A DNA stretch of 64,000 bases from a virus: positions 95,508 to 159,507 of the IMG/VR virus record IMGVR_UViG_3300037137_001027. The stretch is one strand, 5' to 3'. Positions 8,919 to 18,614 of the stretch are shown in pieces. A model generated the notes under the pieces. It did not search any database. It had not been told where the DNA came from and saw nothing but the letters and a program-made list of their open reading frames with translations. A program made the translations under genes and the position numbers. Positions within the stretch are counted from its first letter, which is position 1. Each line of letters opens with the position of its first letter.

Positions 8919-9522
8919 TAATATCCTTTGCTAGCCATATAAGCCTGTTTTGATGTATATAGGTTATACTACAATTAACAACGAAATTCAACTGTTCTTT
9001 TATCAGGTGAGTAAGTGCAAGAATCTTTTGGATAAAATCAGTATGGGTAATTAGAACCGATCTAGGCGGAAGAATATCTAGTGTTTCTGTGATACGATTT
9101 TCAAAATCGTGGTAATCTTCGAATGGTGTTCGCTTACAAAGATGGTTGTCAGCTTCAAACGAGATAGAACATATTTCCCTGATTATTGCAGAAGTTTGTT
9201 TACATCTTAGATAAGGACTAGAAAAACCAACATAACCAGCAAGATGAAGTTCCCTTAAGAACTCTGCTGCACGAAATGCTTGCGCACGTCCGCTTGATGT
9301 AATTGAACCATCCTCTACCCGAAGATCACTTTGAGCATGTCGTAAGATGATAATATCTTTGAGATAGATCGTCTCATCTTCGGTGACGAACTTATTATGT
9401 TCGTTATCAAGGAAGCCACTTAGGAGTTCACCGTTCTTTTCCTGGTCGCTGAGCTTGGAAAACGCATCTCCATGATGCGAACCAGTAACAACCTTGTCCC
9501 CGATAAAAAGTGCTGGCACCAT
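8896..9522 (-). CDS. histidine phosphatase (PGM/SixA superfamily)
   Basis: ILRHAQS, SSPYLRCKQT, VLITH. Confidence 0.85.
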   Translation of the reverse strand: MVPALFIGDKVVTGSHHGDAFSKLSDQEKNGELLSGFLDNEHNKFVTEDETIYLKDIIILRHAQSDLRVEDGSITSSGRAQAFRAAEFLRELHLAGYVGFSSPYLRCKQTSAIIREICSISFEADNHLCKRTPFEDYHDFENRITETLDILPPRSVLITHTDFIQKILALTHLIKEQLNFVVNCSITYIHQNRLIWLAKDINAQENRS

Positions 9523-9598
9523 CCTTCACTCCCTGGTTTATATTTACTTTGAGCAAAAAAATTTGATGGCATTCATTCGGTAAATATTTTACGCTATT

Positions 9599-9913
9599 CT
9601 AGTCATTGTTCACGAATCTTCCAAGAAATAATCGGTAAACTTTGCTATAAGCTCTGCCCCAATTTGGCCCATGAATATCTGCGTCCTTATCCCAAGCCAC
9701 AGCATGGGCGACTTCGTGTATTAGCACATCAATGGAGTAGTTCTCATTAAGATTTGAATTAACCTTTATCATAAATTTGTCATTCTTTTTTTCACATAGT
9801 CCATCATAGCCTTCGCGTATCTTTACACGCCTTACACTAATAGATTCATCCACTAAATTAGAGTTCTTAAAGAAACTAGCTACTTCTCGGAAGTAATCAT
9901 ATGCCATAGTCAC
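9599..9913 (-). CDS. SprT/ImmA-like zinc metallopeptidase
   Basis: LIHEVAH...HGPNW. Confidence 0.75.
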   Translation of the reverse strand: MTMAYDYFREVASFFKNSNLVDESISVRRVKIREGYDGLCEKKNDKFMIKVNSNLNENYSIDVLIHEVAHAVAWDKDADIHGPNWGRAYSKVYRLFLGRFVNND

Positions 9914-9976
9914 CCCGAAAACAAAAGATTATAGCTATCTAGTTTTTGTTTATAGGAAAATATATAAGTTAGGATT

Positions 9977-10972
9977 TTGCAAGGAGGCAGAGTGCAGTAT
10001 GCTGGTATTTCCGTAGTCAAAAATGAAGCAGATATTATAGAAGTCTTTATAAGACATAACCTTAAGTATCTAAACAAGTTATACATTGTTGAACACAATA
10101 GCCAGGACAATACGCCTGAAATCATTAATAGCCTAAAAACAGAAGGTTATAACATAGAAATTTATACCAATCAGTCGTCTAGACATATACAGGCAGAAGA
10201 ATTTAATAATCTAATAAGAAAAACTGATGCCGACTTCATTACTTTCCTTGATGCCGACGAGTTCATTATTTCACTAGATTTCACAAAAGAATTGGCTAAA
10301 TTGCCTACGGATGTAGTTTCGTTTTTAACCTGGCACAACTATATGCCACAAACTACAGATGACAAGACCGAGATAAACGTTCTTAAAAGGATTCAGCACA
10401 AGCTTTATCCAGTCGATACCAACCAGCACAAGGCGATTATACCTAAATCAATTTATTCAAGACCAGATAGCTTTGTATTGCTGGGCGGTCACGAAATATA
10501 CTATAAGAACGAAGAACTCGTTCCTGCACCTTACCAAGTGATTTCTTCAATCCACCTGGCACATTTCCCTATCAGAAGCCTCAACCAAATCAAGGTTAAA
10601 GCATTTGCTAATTGGCTCGCCAAACTAGCCGACCCGCTCCATCAATCAGGAAGATTGCATGATGGTAAAATTCCAACCTGGCATCATTGGAAAGTATTAT
10701 TTGATTTATTCAAGAATAATCCCGCGATTACTGAAGCTGAAGCTGTGGAAGCTGTAACCACTGTTTACATGAAGTATTCTAAATTAAAAGGCGAGTTAAA
10801 GTTAGTGGTAGACCCTGTTGTTAACGAAGATGAAATTCGTTATCAAATCAAGGAGCTTACGCCTTTATTGGCGTTAGCGAACACTGCTGAGCAGCAAGTA
10901 GTTATGTTGCAGAAAGCGAACAAGTTTATTTTGAATTTGCTAAACGAGGTTAAGACTTTGGACGCAATTTAG
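9977..10972 (+). CDS. glycosyltransferase family 2-like
   Basis: VKNEADII..F..H, HNSQDNT, FLDADEF, HFPIRS. Confidence 0.85.
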   Translation: MQGGRVQYAGISVVKNEADIIEVFIRHNLKYLNKLYIVEHNSQDNTPEIINSLKTEGYNIEIYTNQSSRHIQAEEFNNLIRKTDADFITFLDADEFIISLDFTKELAKLPTDVVSFLTWHNYMPQTTDDKTEINVLKRIQHKLYPVDTNQHKAIIPKSIYSRPDSFVLLGGHEIYYKNEELVPAPYQVISSIHLAHFPIRSLNQIKVKAFANWLAKLADPLHQSGRLHDGKIPTWHHWKVLFDLFKNNPAITEAEAVEAVTTVYMKYSKLKGELKLVVDPVVNEDEIRYQIKELTPLLALANTAEQQVVMLQKANKFILNLLNEVKTLDAI

Positions 10973-11765
10973 TCAATAGTTCGCCAATGGTGATTAAAGG
11001 GGATGGTTTTTCGAAGCGGTCAATTTCCGCAGGACACATCTCGCAAATAGATTCGTGTTTTCTGGAAATAAAATTATCAAGTTCTTCATCAGTTGCCGTA
11101 TGTTCTAAAGGCTTATATTCTAGGTAATGGTCCCATTTAGGTGAAATGTCGGGCCAACGTTTCTTTTGCAGTTGAAGATAAGCAATCATTGGACACTTAT
11201 AGATTTTACCATCTAGTATTTGCAAACAGTATTTACAGGGGCAGATTTTCCAACTATCTTCGGGGCGATTATCTTCATAGGGCAAAACATCTGGTCCAAA
11301 GCCCTTATAACGGCGTGTCCAATTTTTGCCATCCCTGATACTAAAAGTAATTTCGTTATCATGTAGAAAACTTATAACTTTGTTCCACTGTTGATTAAAC
11401 TCATTTGATTCACCATGTTTAGTAATAATTAGGTTAATTTTTAGTTCCTTGAGAAGTGGTCCCAGGTTTGGAAATTTGGGAAGTAGGAAGCCATTAGTAA
11501 TGAGTTCAATATTACATTTCCAATGGTTCCGAGCAATCCGAACAAATTCTTCAATTCTAGGGTTAAGTAAGGGTTCACCACCCAATATACAAAATGTTTT
11601 GGGGTTTAATCTCTTGCTCCACAAGCCCATTTGGTGGTCAGCGTCTTCTGGAGTAATAAAACCTTTATGACCATTGTTAGAGAAGTGGCTACAGCTTTCG
11701 CATGTGAAGTTACATGCATGAGAAGCATGAATTTCTAGTTTAATAATGTCTTTCAAGGAACTCAT
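10950..11765 (-). CDS. radical SAM protein with C-terminal Cys cluster
   Basis: CNFTCESC, LGGEPLL, ITNG, C..C/KC/CEMC. Confidence 0.9.
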   Translation of the reverse strand: MSSLKDIIKLEIHASHACNFTCESCSHFSNNGHKGFITPEDADHQMGLWSKRLNPKTFCILGGEPLLNPRIEEFVRIARNHWKCNIELITNGFLLPKFPNLGPLLKELKINLIITKHGESNEFNQQWNKVISFLHDNEITFSIRDGKNWTRRYKGFGPDVLPYEDNRPEDSWKICPCKYCLQILDGKIYKCPMIAYLQLQKKRWPDISPKWDHYLEYKPLEHTATDEELDNFISRKHESICEMCPAEIDRFEKPSPLITIGELLTKLRPKS

Positions 11766-12159
11766 AGGTTGTAGTCTCTGTGCTGACGAACATCATGAAT
11801 CACAACCGATTGCAAATTAGGCCATTTTGCTCTTAGGGTTTTACCAAGTTGCACGAAAGCAGGAATGTGTTCTTCCCTATCATCGAAAATTTCTACCATT
11901 TGCACTTCTTGATTTATAAGGCGGTTTAGGATTACAAATTCTTTATAGTCATAGGTATCACCTTTATGTGGGTAGTTTGGGTGTTGGGTAAGGTCTTTTT
12001 GCCCACGAAAGAAGTATTCGTCTGGATGGATTCCGTACTTGTTCAATATTTCTTTGACTTGATTTTCAAATTTAGCTATACGGCCTGTCATTACTACAAC
12101 ACAATTCTTTTGATACCAGGAGATACTGCCTCAACAAATTTTCTGAATTTTAGTTGCAA
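11762..12159 (-). pseudogene. HAD-superfamily phosphatase (PNKP/Swiss-Army-Knife RNA-repair type), internally deleted and frameshifted
   Basis: 5' piece TTG 12159 MQLKFRKFVEAVSPGIKRIVL* (GAGGAG SD); 3' piece in another frame VVMTGR...K...IFDDREEH; DxD motif I absent. Confidence 0.6.
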
Positions 12160-12161
12160 TA

Positions 12162-13790
12162 TTACTCCTCGGTATCATCGCCATGATCTTCGTCGTGGTT
12201 GTAATGATCGTCATGATCTTCTTCTTCATGATCGTCATGATCTTCTTCTTCATGATCTTCGCCACCAGATAGGGCTTCATCTTTTGAACTAAGTCTCTTG
12301 CGGAACTTGTCGGTTTCTAGCCATTTAATTGCGTCTGAGAATTCTGAACCTTGTGGAGTACGACCACCGAAAAGTTTGGCAATTGATGGGTTAATACTTT
12401 TCTTACCTTTTTCATCGGAAACAAAACCTTTAGTGTCAAGTTCATGATTTAGGAAGTGATGCAGAACATCTTCTGGTTGCTTGTTCATGCTGCCCCATTG
12501 TTTTACTAAACTTGGCACCATGCCAGTCTTATGAAAATTCTTCTTCATGTCGAAGAACTTATCCAAGAACAGTTTTGGATTCTTGCCATGTTCACTCATC
12601 CATTTTGAGAATTCAATAAGTGTAACAATATCACGCACTTCGTCATCTGACCAAGCGCCCTGGTGGAGCATTTTCTCTACTTTAGCAGGTGGATTAGCTC
12701 TTAGCAACCATGCAATTGCCAATCGCTTTTCTTTTTTATCAGAGAAGTCTTCGGCTGAGTCAAGTTTGAAAGTCATATCAGGGAACACGGTATCTAATAG
12801 ACCCATTTCCTTATACATTTTAACATATTGGACAGGATCGGTGTCTGGATGTTGTAAGCCTTTAAGGAATTCTTCTTTAATCTTTTCACGGCTAATTGAT
12901 GGTAAATCTTTGATATCTTTGATAGCAGACTTAACATCGTCGCCAATCTTGGTATTTTTGCCGTGTGAAGCGACCTGGCGCACATATCTCAATACGCGGC
13001 CTTGATCTTCTCCAAGTCTTTCTTTCGGGTTGCCTACGAATTCAATTTCACCACGGCGCAAGTGATGTGCGCCACCGTGCGGATCGACAAGTTTAGCATT
13101 AGCCCCGTCAGCACTTGTCAAAGGAATGTACATAGCATTAACAGTAAAGTCTCTTCTGGCTGCATCGTCATCCAAAGTACCGAACTCCATGCTGTCTGGA
13201 GTCTTGCCGTCACCGCTGCCTTTGGAACCTTTTCTAAATGTGGCTATTTCGAATTCTTCTCCATTGACTCTGGCGTTAAATACATATTCTTTTCCACCAC
13301 GATCCCAGCCCTTTGCGTGGAAAACCTTGTTCTTTTGTCCTGCTTCTGGATGCTTGTCATATTTGGTGGTTTGTGACTTACCATCGCCTTGTGGTTTAAC
13401 TTCAGTAAATCCAGCGCTTCTCAGGATTAAACGAATTTCATCTGGTCCTGCATCCGTTACTAAATTGTAGTCTCTAGGAGTTTTGCCCAAGAGGTGGTCA
13501 CGGACTGCGCCACCAGTAAGATACAATCCCTTCTTCTTTAGACGTGGGGAGGTTTCACCTTTTGCTGGGTCAATGGTGGTTAACTTTTGCGGATAACCGT
13601 CAGGACCAGGCAGGGAAACCTTATCACTATCTAAGAAAGCTTTAGCAATAACCCTTAAATTAGGGTGATTTTCACCATCAATAACAAATGGCTTGAAGTC
13701 TGTATCATCAGCCAGTTTGACTTCTGAAGATGCCTTCTTAGCTTCTGTATTCTCTTTCAATCCAACAAATTCTAAAAATGTTTTTCTCAT
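12162..13790 (-). CDS. CCA-adding enzyme / poly(A) polymerase-family nucleotidyltransferase
   Basis: GGAVRDHLLGK.P.DYN, EIATFR, DAARRDFTVNAM, DPHGG, ED..R.LR, SREKI..E; ATG 13790 or GTG 13802. Confidence 0.9.
   Translation of the reverse strand: MRKTFLEFVGLKENTEAKKASSEVKLADDTDFKPFVIDGENHPNLRVIAKAFLDSDKVSLPGPDGYPQKLTTIDPAKGETSPRLKKKGLYLTGGAVRDHLLGKTPRDYNLVTDAGPDEIRLILRSAGFTEVKPQGDGKSQTTKYDKHPEAGQKNKVFHAKGWDRGGKEYVFNARVNGEEFEIATFRKGSKGSGDGKTPDSMEFGTLDDDAARRDFTVNAMYIPLTSADGANAKLVDPHGGAHHLRRGEIEFVGNPKERLGEDQGRVLRYVRQVASHGKNTKIGDDVKSAIKDIKDLPSISREKIKEEFLKGLQHPDTDPVQYVKMYKEMGLLDTVFPDMTFKLDSAEDFSDKKEKRLAIAWLLRANPPAKVEKMLHQGAWSDDEVRDIVTLIEFSKWMSEHGKNPKLFLDKFFDMKKNFHKTGMVPSLVKQWGSMNKQPEDVLHHFLNHELDTKGFVSDEKGKKSINPSIAKLFGGRTPQGSEFSDAIKWLETDKFRKRLSSKDEALSGGEDHEEEDHDDHEEEDHDDHYNHDEDHGDDTEE
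12204..12260. repeat. 24-bp tandem repeat encoding His/Asp/Glu tail
   Basis: atgatcgtcatgatcttcttcttc x2 plus partial; EDHEEEDHDDHEEEDHDDH. Confidence 0.85.
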
Positions 13791-13814
13791 ATACCTGCTC
13801 ACCTATTATTATAT

Positions 13815-14216
13815 TTACGGCTTAAGGCCCAATTTCCACAAAATTATACTGCCAATTACTACCACACCAACCTTGAAAATAAAATCAACGATACTAGACC
13901 ACTTATTATTTGTTTGCATCATCTCTTTCTCGACATGAACTAATCGTTCTGAAAGATGCTCAATCTTACCATCTATTATATTAACGTCGTTCTTAAGATC
14001 AGTGATTAATTGTGTGCCATTTTTGTTTTCTAGTATAGCAATACGATTTATTAAAGTCATCTGATTTTCATAGAGCTTCTCGATTCTATCCTTAGACTCG
14101 TTGTTGCTCTCGATAAGCACTTTCATCCTCTCGTCAATACGAGCGGTCATTTCGAAAACAAGTTTCAGGGAATCATTAACTTCTTTAAATTTTTCTTCCA
14201 TAGATATCCTTGCCAT
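13815..14216 (-). CDS. coiled-coil protein with C-terminal membrane anchor
   Basis: Heptad pattern then FIFKVGVVVIGSIILWKLG. Confidence 0.65.
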   Translation of the reverse strand: MARISMEEKFKEVNDSLKLVFEMTARIDERMKVLIESNNESKDRIEKLYENQMTLINRIAILENKNGTQLITDLKNDVNIIDGKIEHLSERLVHVEKEMMQTNNKWSSIVDFIFKVGVVVIGSIILWKLGLKP

Positions 14217-14267
14217 ATATAGTTTTAATAAGCTTACAAAATAGATGTACCTGCCATAAATAATTAT

Positions 14268-14726
14268 ATGGACGATAAAGAATTGGAAAATTTAATTCCC
14301 CAAATGAATGTAAATATTCCAGCACAACCCCAAGAAGAAGAGAAGGCTCTTATTCCTGACGAAGTATGGATGGGCTGGTGTAATGAGGTCATGAATAATT
14401 TACGCCAGGAGCGACAAGAAGTAGATGAAGTTAAGCATAATTTTATAGAAATGGTTATTAACGAAGGTGATTCTACCAGTGCAAGTAAGGAGGCATTGAC
14501 TAAACTCTTTGAGATTAAAGCAGGAATTTCTGAGAAAATGACTAAAGTTCTCGATTTGGCAACTAGAGTTAAATTGAAAGAACGAGATACGTTCCCTAGA
14601 TACTTAGCAGCGCACCAGAACAATACTATAAACTTGGGTGATAGTTCTGCCAAGAGGGAGCTAATCAAGCAAATTAATAAGATTCAAAAGCAAAAGGAAG
14701 CAAATGACGGACAGAATAAATCTTGA
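14268..14726 (+). CDS. hypothetical protein, possible terminase small subunit
   Basis: Helical hairpin then NNTINLGDSSAKRELIKQI, resembling the T4-like gp16 C-terminus; TAAATA box. Confidence 0.35.
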   Translation: MDDKELENLIPQMNVNIPAQPQEEEKALIPDEVWMGWCNEVMNNLRQERQEVDEVKHNFIEMVINEGDSTSASKEALTKLFEIKAGISEKMTKVLDLATRVKLKERDTFPRYLAAHQNNTINLGDSSAKRELIKQINKIQKQKEANDGQNKS

Positions 14727-16035
14727 GGATTGGTTAGACAATGTTAAAAAGAAGCTAACTGAGCAAGGCACTTATGCTACAGGTACAGGTCCAGGCGATC
14801 AAGCTGGCGGTTTGGCCACTGATCCTTATAGTCCAACGGGGGCAAACGCTCCTGCTGCGTCCCCAGGTGGCGATCCAAATGTAGCCAATATGCCGCCTGA
14901 CCAGATGGATACACACCCAGGCGAAGAAGATTTTTCGGCTGATCCACAGTATCCAGACATGCCAGAAGAAAAGAAACATCTCGACTTTGAACAATGGAAA
15001 AAAGAATTCATGAATTCATCCATCAAAGGTGATGTTCAAGAAATGAAGGGAATGATTATGGATGTTCGTGATAGGAATTTAGACCCCTATCAAAGAAAGT
15101 TCGTAGAAGACAACCTACAAATTATCTTCTTGAGAGAACATTCAAACATCGAAAAAGCTTCAAAAGAAATCAAGAAACTAATCAAGGATGATTTAGACCA
15201 TACTAATCCAGGCACATCTGTCTCCAACCATATAGTTGAAGTTTTGCAGACTCAACCAATGTTGAATAACGTTTTCATTAAACTCACTGGTTTGTACAGT
15301 ATGAAGGCAGACATGCATCGCAAATTCATTGCGGCACTAACTGGCTCCGTGCAAGTTGGCAGTGGCGCATCTACAGAAGACCTTATTTACAATGAAAAAG
15401 ATTTCTCTATTCGCATGTCCACAAGATTTAATTCCAGGTTTGGTGATCTTTATATTGGCAATTGGAGTCTAAGGACAGATGATCCACAAAGATATCTTAA
15501 AGCACCAGAGTTGCAAAGACTAGAGGATGGCAGTCCAGAAGAAAAGGATGTACTGCGTAAGCGTATTGTAATGGAGTCAATTTCTGAAACCTTCAAAACA
15601 AGAGCTTTCATTATTAATGTTACTGGCACTGATGGGACAGTATATTCAGTAGGTTGGGACATTGCTACTTCTTTGAAGGCAGCTTACACGGATGGTCGTT
15701 TAGTTGTTCGCACAAAGCAGGATGACGGCTCAGAAGCCATGATTGATGACGATGGAGCAATTATTAGTTTCGTTGATCTTAAAATCATGTATATGAAGAA
15801 CAGTGGTGAAGTAGACGAAGATGGTAAACCCTATAAGAAAGAGCATGAATTTATTGTAAGGCGTCAGGGGCAATTGTTCTTGACTGCAAATATGCAGATT
15901 ATCAAGGAAGCAGCTTCGAGTTTTCCTGGTATCGTCATAAGGGAAACTCCTTATACTGGCAACCCAAGTGATCTGCGAGTTTTGCAGCGATGCGTGCCAA
16001 ATGCGCCAGAAATATTAATGAGACAGTGTGGATAA
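14704..16035 (+). CDS. hypothetical late protein (443 aa)
   Basis: Long ORF, AAGGA SD, Pro/Gly/acidic N-terminal linker after KKKLTEQ. Confidence 0.65.
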   Translation: MTDRINLEDWLDNVKKKLTEQGTYATGTGPGDQAGGLATDPYSPTGANAPAASPGGDPNVANMPPDQMDTHPGEEDFSADPQYPDMPEEKKHLDFEQWKKEFMNSSIKGDVQEMKGMIMDVRDRNLDPYQRKFVEDNLQIIFLREHSNIEKASKEIKKLIKDDLDHTNPGTSVSNHIVEVLQTQPMLNNVFIKLTGLYSMKADMHRKFIAALTGSVQVGSGASTEDLIYNEKDFSIRMSTRFNSRFGDLYIGNWSLRTDDPQRYLKAPELQRLEDGSPEEKDVLRKRIVMESISETFKTRAFIINVTGTDGTVYSVGWDIATSLKAAYTDGRLVVRTKQDDGSEAMIDDDGAIISFVDLKIMYMKNSGEVDEDGKPYKKEHEFIVRRQGQLFLTANMQIIKEAASSFPGIVIRETPYTGNPSDLRVLQRCVPNAPEILMRQCG

Positions 16036-16038
16036 AAA

Positions 16039-16392
16039 TTATTGCAGTCCTCTTTGTTTTCTGGTTTTGTAGTGTTTTTGTTGTTTGGTTATTAAACGAT
16101 GGCAATTAGCACAAATATATTCCAAATTATCTGGATTATTGTTGTGCTTATTGCCATCTTTATGATTTACGTCAATTTGACATTTATCCTCAGCAACAAA
16201 TGGGCAACGTTGGCATTTGTTTGGAGTCTTTAATCTAGCATTTCTATGTGTGTCCCAACGATATCCTGATATCGAACATCGCCACGCCAATCCATTTCCT
16301 TTTCGCCTAATGTGAACAGGGCCACACGATGAACAAATGGCTGTACGCAACTCTTCATTAATTTCTGAAAGTCTATGTAGCCATTTGCCCAT
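16039..16392 (-). CDS. HNH endonuclease
   Basis: CQRC...VNHKDGNKHNNNPDNLEYICANCHR. Confidence 0.85.
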   Translation of the reverse strand: MGKWLHRLSEINEELRTAICSSCGPVHIRRKGNGLAWRCSISGYRWDTHRNARLKTPNKCQRCPFVAEDKCQIDVNHKDGNKHNNNPDNLEYICANCHRLITKQQKHYKTRKQRGLQ

Positions 16393-16408
16393 CGAGTGGC
16401 CTTTTTTG

Positions 16409-17050
16409 TTATTTGATACCCTTATAAGGGGGATCAATCTTTCGACCTTTGGCCGCGATCATGGCGAGTTTATTATATTCATCCATGACTTCTGGCCACA
16501 TCTCGCGTGGCACTGGAATCCGTTGGAAGGTGGGTAATCCTTCCAGGTCGGGATAAGTTACACAGACGGTTGCCCCTCTGTGTTCCATATCACCTGTTTT
16601 ATAGTTGCGGGACCAACGGTGGTACAGTTTATATAGTTCATTTGCGGTGCGAGTTAATTGGGTCAAATCGCACTTCTTTTCAATGATATTTTCAACTGCA
16701 TCTGTTGATAGGTGCCGACCAAAAATAATGTCGGTGATCCACCCATCTTCCTCATAAATCATTAGGTGGGCAACCCATTTGCCCTCTTTATATGTCCAAC
16801 CACTGCCAATTGGACCTTGGAAAGAAGCGCACACTTCCAACCAAGTTCGATGAGGTCCAGCGCTCTTACGAGCTTTTGTGTCGTCTTCCTCACCGTTAAG
16901 ACGGCGGAAGTCTACGCCTCCGCAATCCTCTTCAATAGAAGTTTCGTTGAATCCTACACGATAGTAATTCAACACCTTTCGATAAAGGTTTTCGGCAAAA
17001 TCGCCTTCTCTACTTTGACCTTTTTTCGCATACGGACTTTGATAAGCCAT
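16409..17050 (-). CDS. putative PD-(D/E)xK endonuclease-like protein
   Basis: G..AE...EED..GVDF...DTK...WLE...GW spacing seen in phage restriction-fold nucleases. Confidence 0.45.
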   Translation of the reverse strand: MAYQSPYAKKGQSREGDFAENLYRKVLNYYRVGFNETSIEEDCGGVDFRRLNGEEDDTKARKSAGPHRTWLEVCASFQGPIGSGWTYKEGKWVAHLMIYEEDGWITDIIFGRHLSTDAVENIIEKKCDLTQLTRTANELYKLYHRWSRNYKTGDMEHRGATVCVTYPDLEGLPTFQRIPVPREMWPEVMDEYNKLAMIAAKGRKIDPPYKGIK

Positions 17051-17180
17051 ATACAAACTCCCTTTCAATTACATTACATATTACTATCTCCATTTCCAAA
17101 GCAACAACAAGTTTCATTGGTAGCGAAGCAGCATGACAAAAAGATACTAAAATTCACTACCGAGTGCAATAGATATTCCG

Positions 17181-17669
17181 ATGATAAAGTTTATTGAATT
17201 CATTGACAAAAAGGAAAGAGAGACGAAGAAACAACTCAAGATCATTGAGCATATCCTTCTCGCTCACGAAATGAACGTCAAAAGTCATCTGGATGACGAT
17301 GATCCATACCTTTTTGTTTACAACACAAAGAAAAACACTTTCTTCGAAGGTATTAGAATTTACAAAGTTGGCGATCAAATCTCTTTCAGGGTTCAAAAAG
17401 ACGAAAAAACAGAACCTTTTGGTCGTGCATACCCGATGGACATTGAAGAAATGTTTGAAGATTTAGTTACAGATTATAAACCTGAAGAAGCTGGCAGGAA
17501 AATAATGGCAGCAGTTACCACCGAGGTTAAGAAATTTTTTGACCGAAGTGCTATTGCTGAAAAAGAGTTGCGTGACAAAGAGTTTGAACGTGATCCGTGG
17601 GGCAAGGTGGTTGTCCGAAGTTCCGATTATGGGATGGATTACAGCAACCTCACATATATGAAGGCTTAA
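17181..17669 (+). CDS. hypothetical late protein
   Basis: MIKFIEFIDKKE; TAGATA box 5 nt before ATG. Confidence 0.65.
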   Translation: MIKFIEFIDKKERETKKQLKIIEHILLAHEMNVKSHLDDDDPYLFVYNTKKNTFFEGIRIYKVGDQISFRVQKDEKTEPFGRAYPMDIEEMFEDLVTDYKPEEAGRKIMAAVTTEVKKFFDRSAIAEKELRDKEFERDPWGKVVVRSSDYGMDYSNLTYMKA

Positions 17670-17671
17670 AG

Positions 17672-18001
17672 ATGGGTGGGTTCCAAGAGTGGGTGGGCAA
17701 GAAGCGAGTTGTTGATAATTTTGAATTAGGGCTTGGAAAATCTATACCAGAAAACAAAAACGCTGGTGGTGGCTTTGATCCCACAAGCAAAGAACAAGTT
17801 AAAAAATTCAAGAAAGTAGATTTAATAACGTTACCCGTTGAAGGAACTAACTGTGGCAACTGTATGTTTATGGTTCCAGTTGATAAGGCAAAAGGTGTCG
17901 GTTGGTGTAATCACAAGGATGTTTTAGAGTTTGTTACCCCAAAAATGTGTTGTGCAATGTGGAATCACACAGATGTTAAACGGCAGTGGGAAACTAAATA
18001 A
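17672..18001 (+). CDS. HiPIP-like Cys-motif protein
   Basis: NCGNCMFM-x9-GWC-x8-V-x4-CC..W; N-terminus MGGFQEWV. Confidence 0.5.
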   Translation: MGGFQEWVGKKRVVDNFELGLGKSIPENKNAGGGFDPTSKEQVKKFKKVDLITLPVEGTNCGNCMFMVPVDKAKGVGWCNHKDVLEFVTPKMCCAMWNHTDVKRQWETK

Positions 18002-18004
18002 GAT

Positions 18005-18535
18005 ATGCCAATTACTCCACGGCAAGTTCAACAATTGGGTAGTTTCTGGAAGGCTATCGACTATCCAACTCCTGCTGTGCCAACCCCGAAAATAGTTCAC
18101 AAAGGTAGTATTGTAAATTTTCACTATGCTGGGCAGCGGACGAACAAGATGGTCCACGACCCTTACCCGTTGGTATTAGTATCAGATATATACAGTGATG
18201 CTATAAGAGGTGTGAATTTAAATTACTTAACAGTCCCTTACGTTAAGTATATGATTAACACTTATTTAGACAAACCATTCGCTTACTCCTTTATAAAAGG
18301 CAATGCTTACTTAACAGGCGGGAAGGATGACCCTGGTACGTTCAGAACTTATAAGAGGAGTGGGATTAGTCAACTAAGAATGATGGACAGTGATTTCTTG
18401 AGGGGTATTGCGGCAGTGTCGAGGACTTTAGATGCAAATGAATTGGACCAAATAAGGATGCAGATAGAAGAGTTAATAAAGTATCAATTAAATCAACCTG
18501 TTGCTCAACCAGGAGAGGTACAACAAAATTACTGA
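18005..18535 (+). CDS. T4 gp2-like DNA end protector
   Basis: G....FHY...HDPYPLVLV...RGVNLNYL...FRTYK. Confidence 0.65.
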   Translation: MPITPRQVQQLGSFWKAIDYPTPAVPTPKIVHKGSIVNFHYAGQRTNKMVHDPYPLVLVSDIYSDAIRGVNLNYLTVPYVKYMINTYLDKPFAYSFIKGNAYLTGGKDDPGTFRTYKRSGISQLRMMDSDFLRGIAAVSRTLDANELDQIRMQIEELIKYQLNQPVAQPGEVQQNY

Positions 18536-18614
18536 TATCTGCATAGATACTGTAATTCCTTTTCGCAATTCATTTTATTAATTAATAGTTTTTTAGAAAG
18601 AGATAAATAACAAT

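Noticed and set aside
12089-12096. Stop-codon reassignment explaining the split HAD gene
   Set aside because: The two pieces are in different frames, and TAG, TGA and TAA all end genes normally elsewhere
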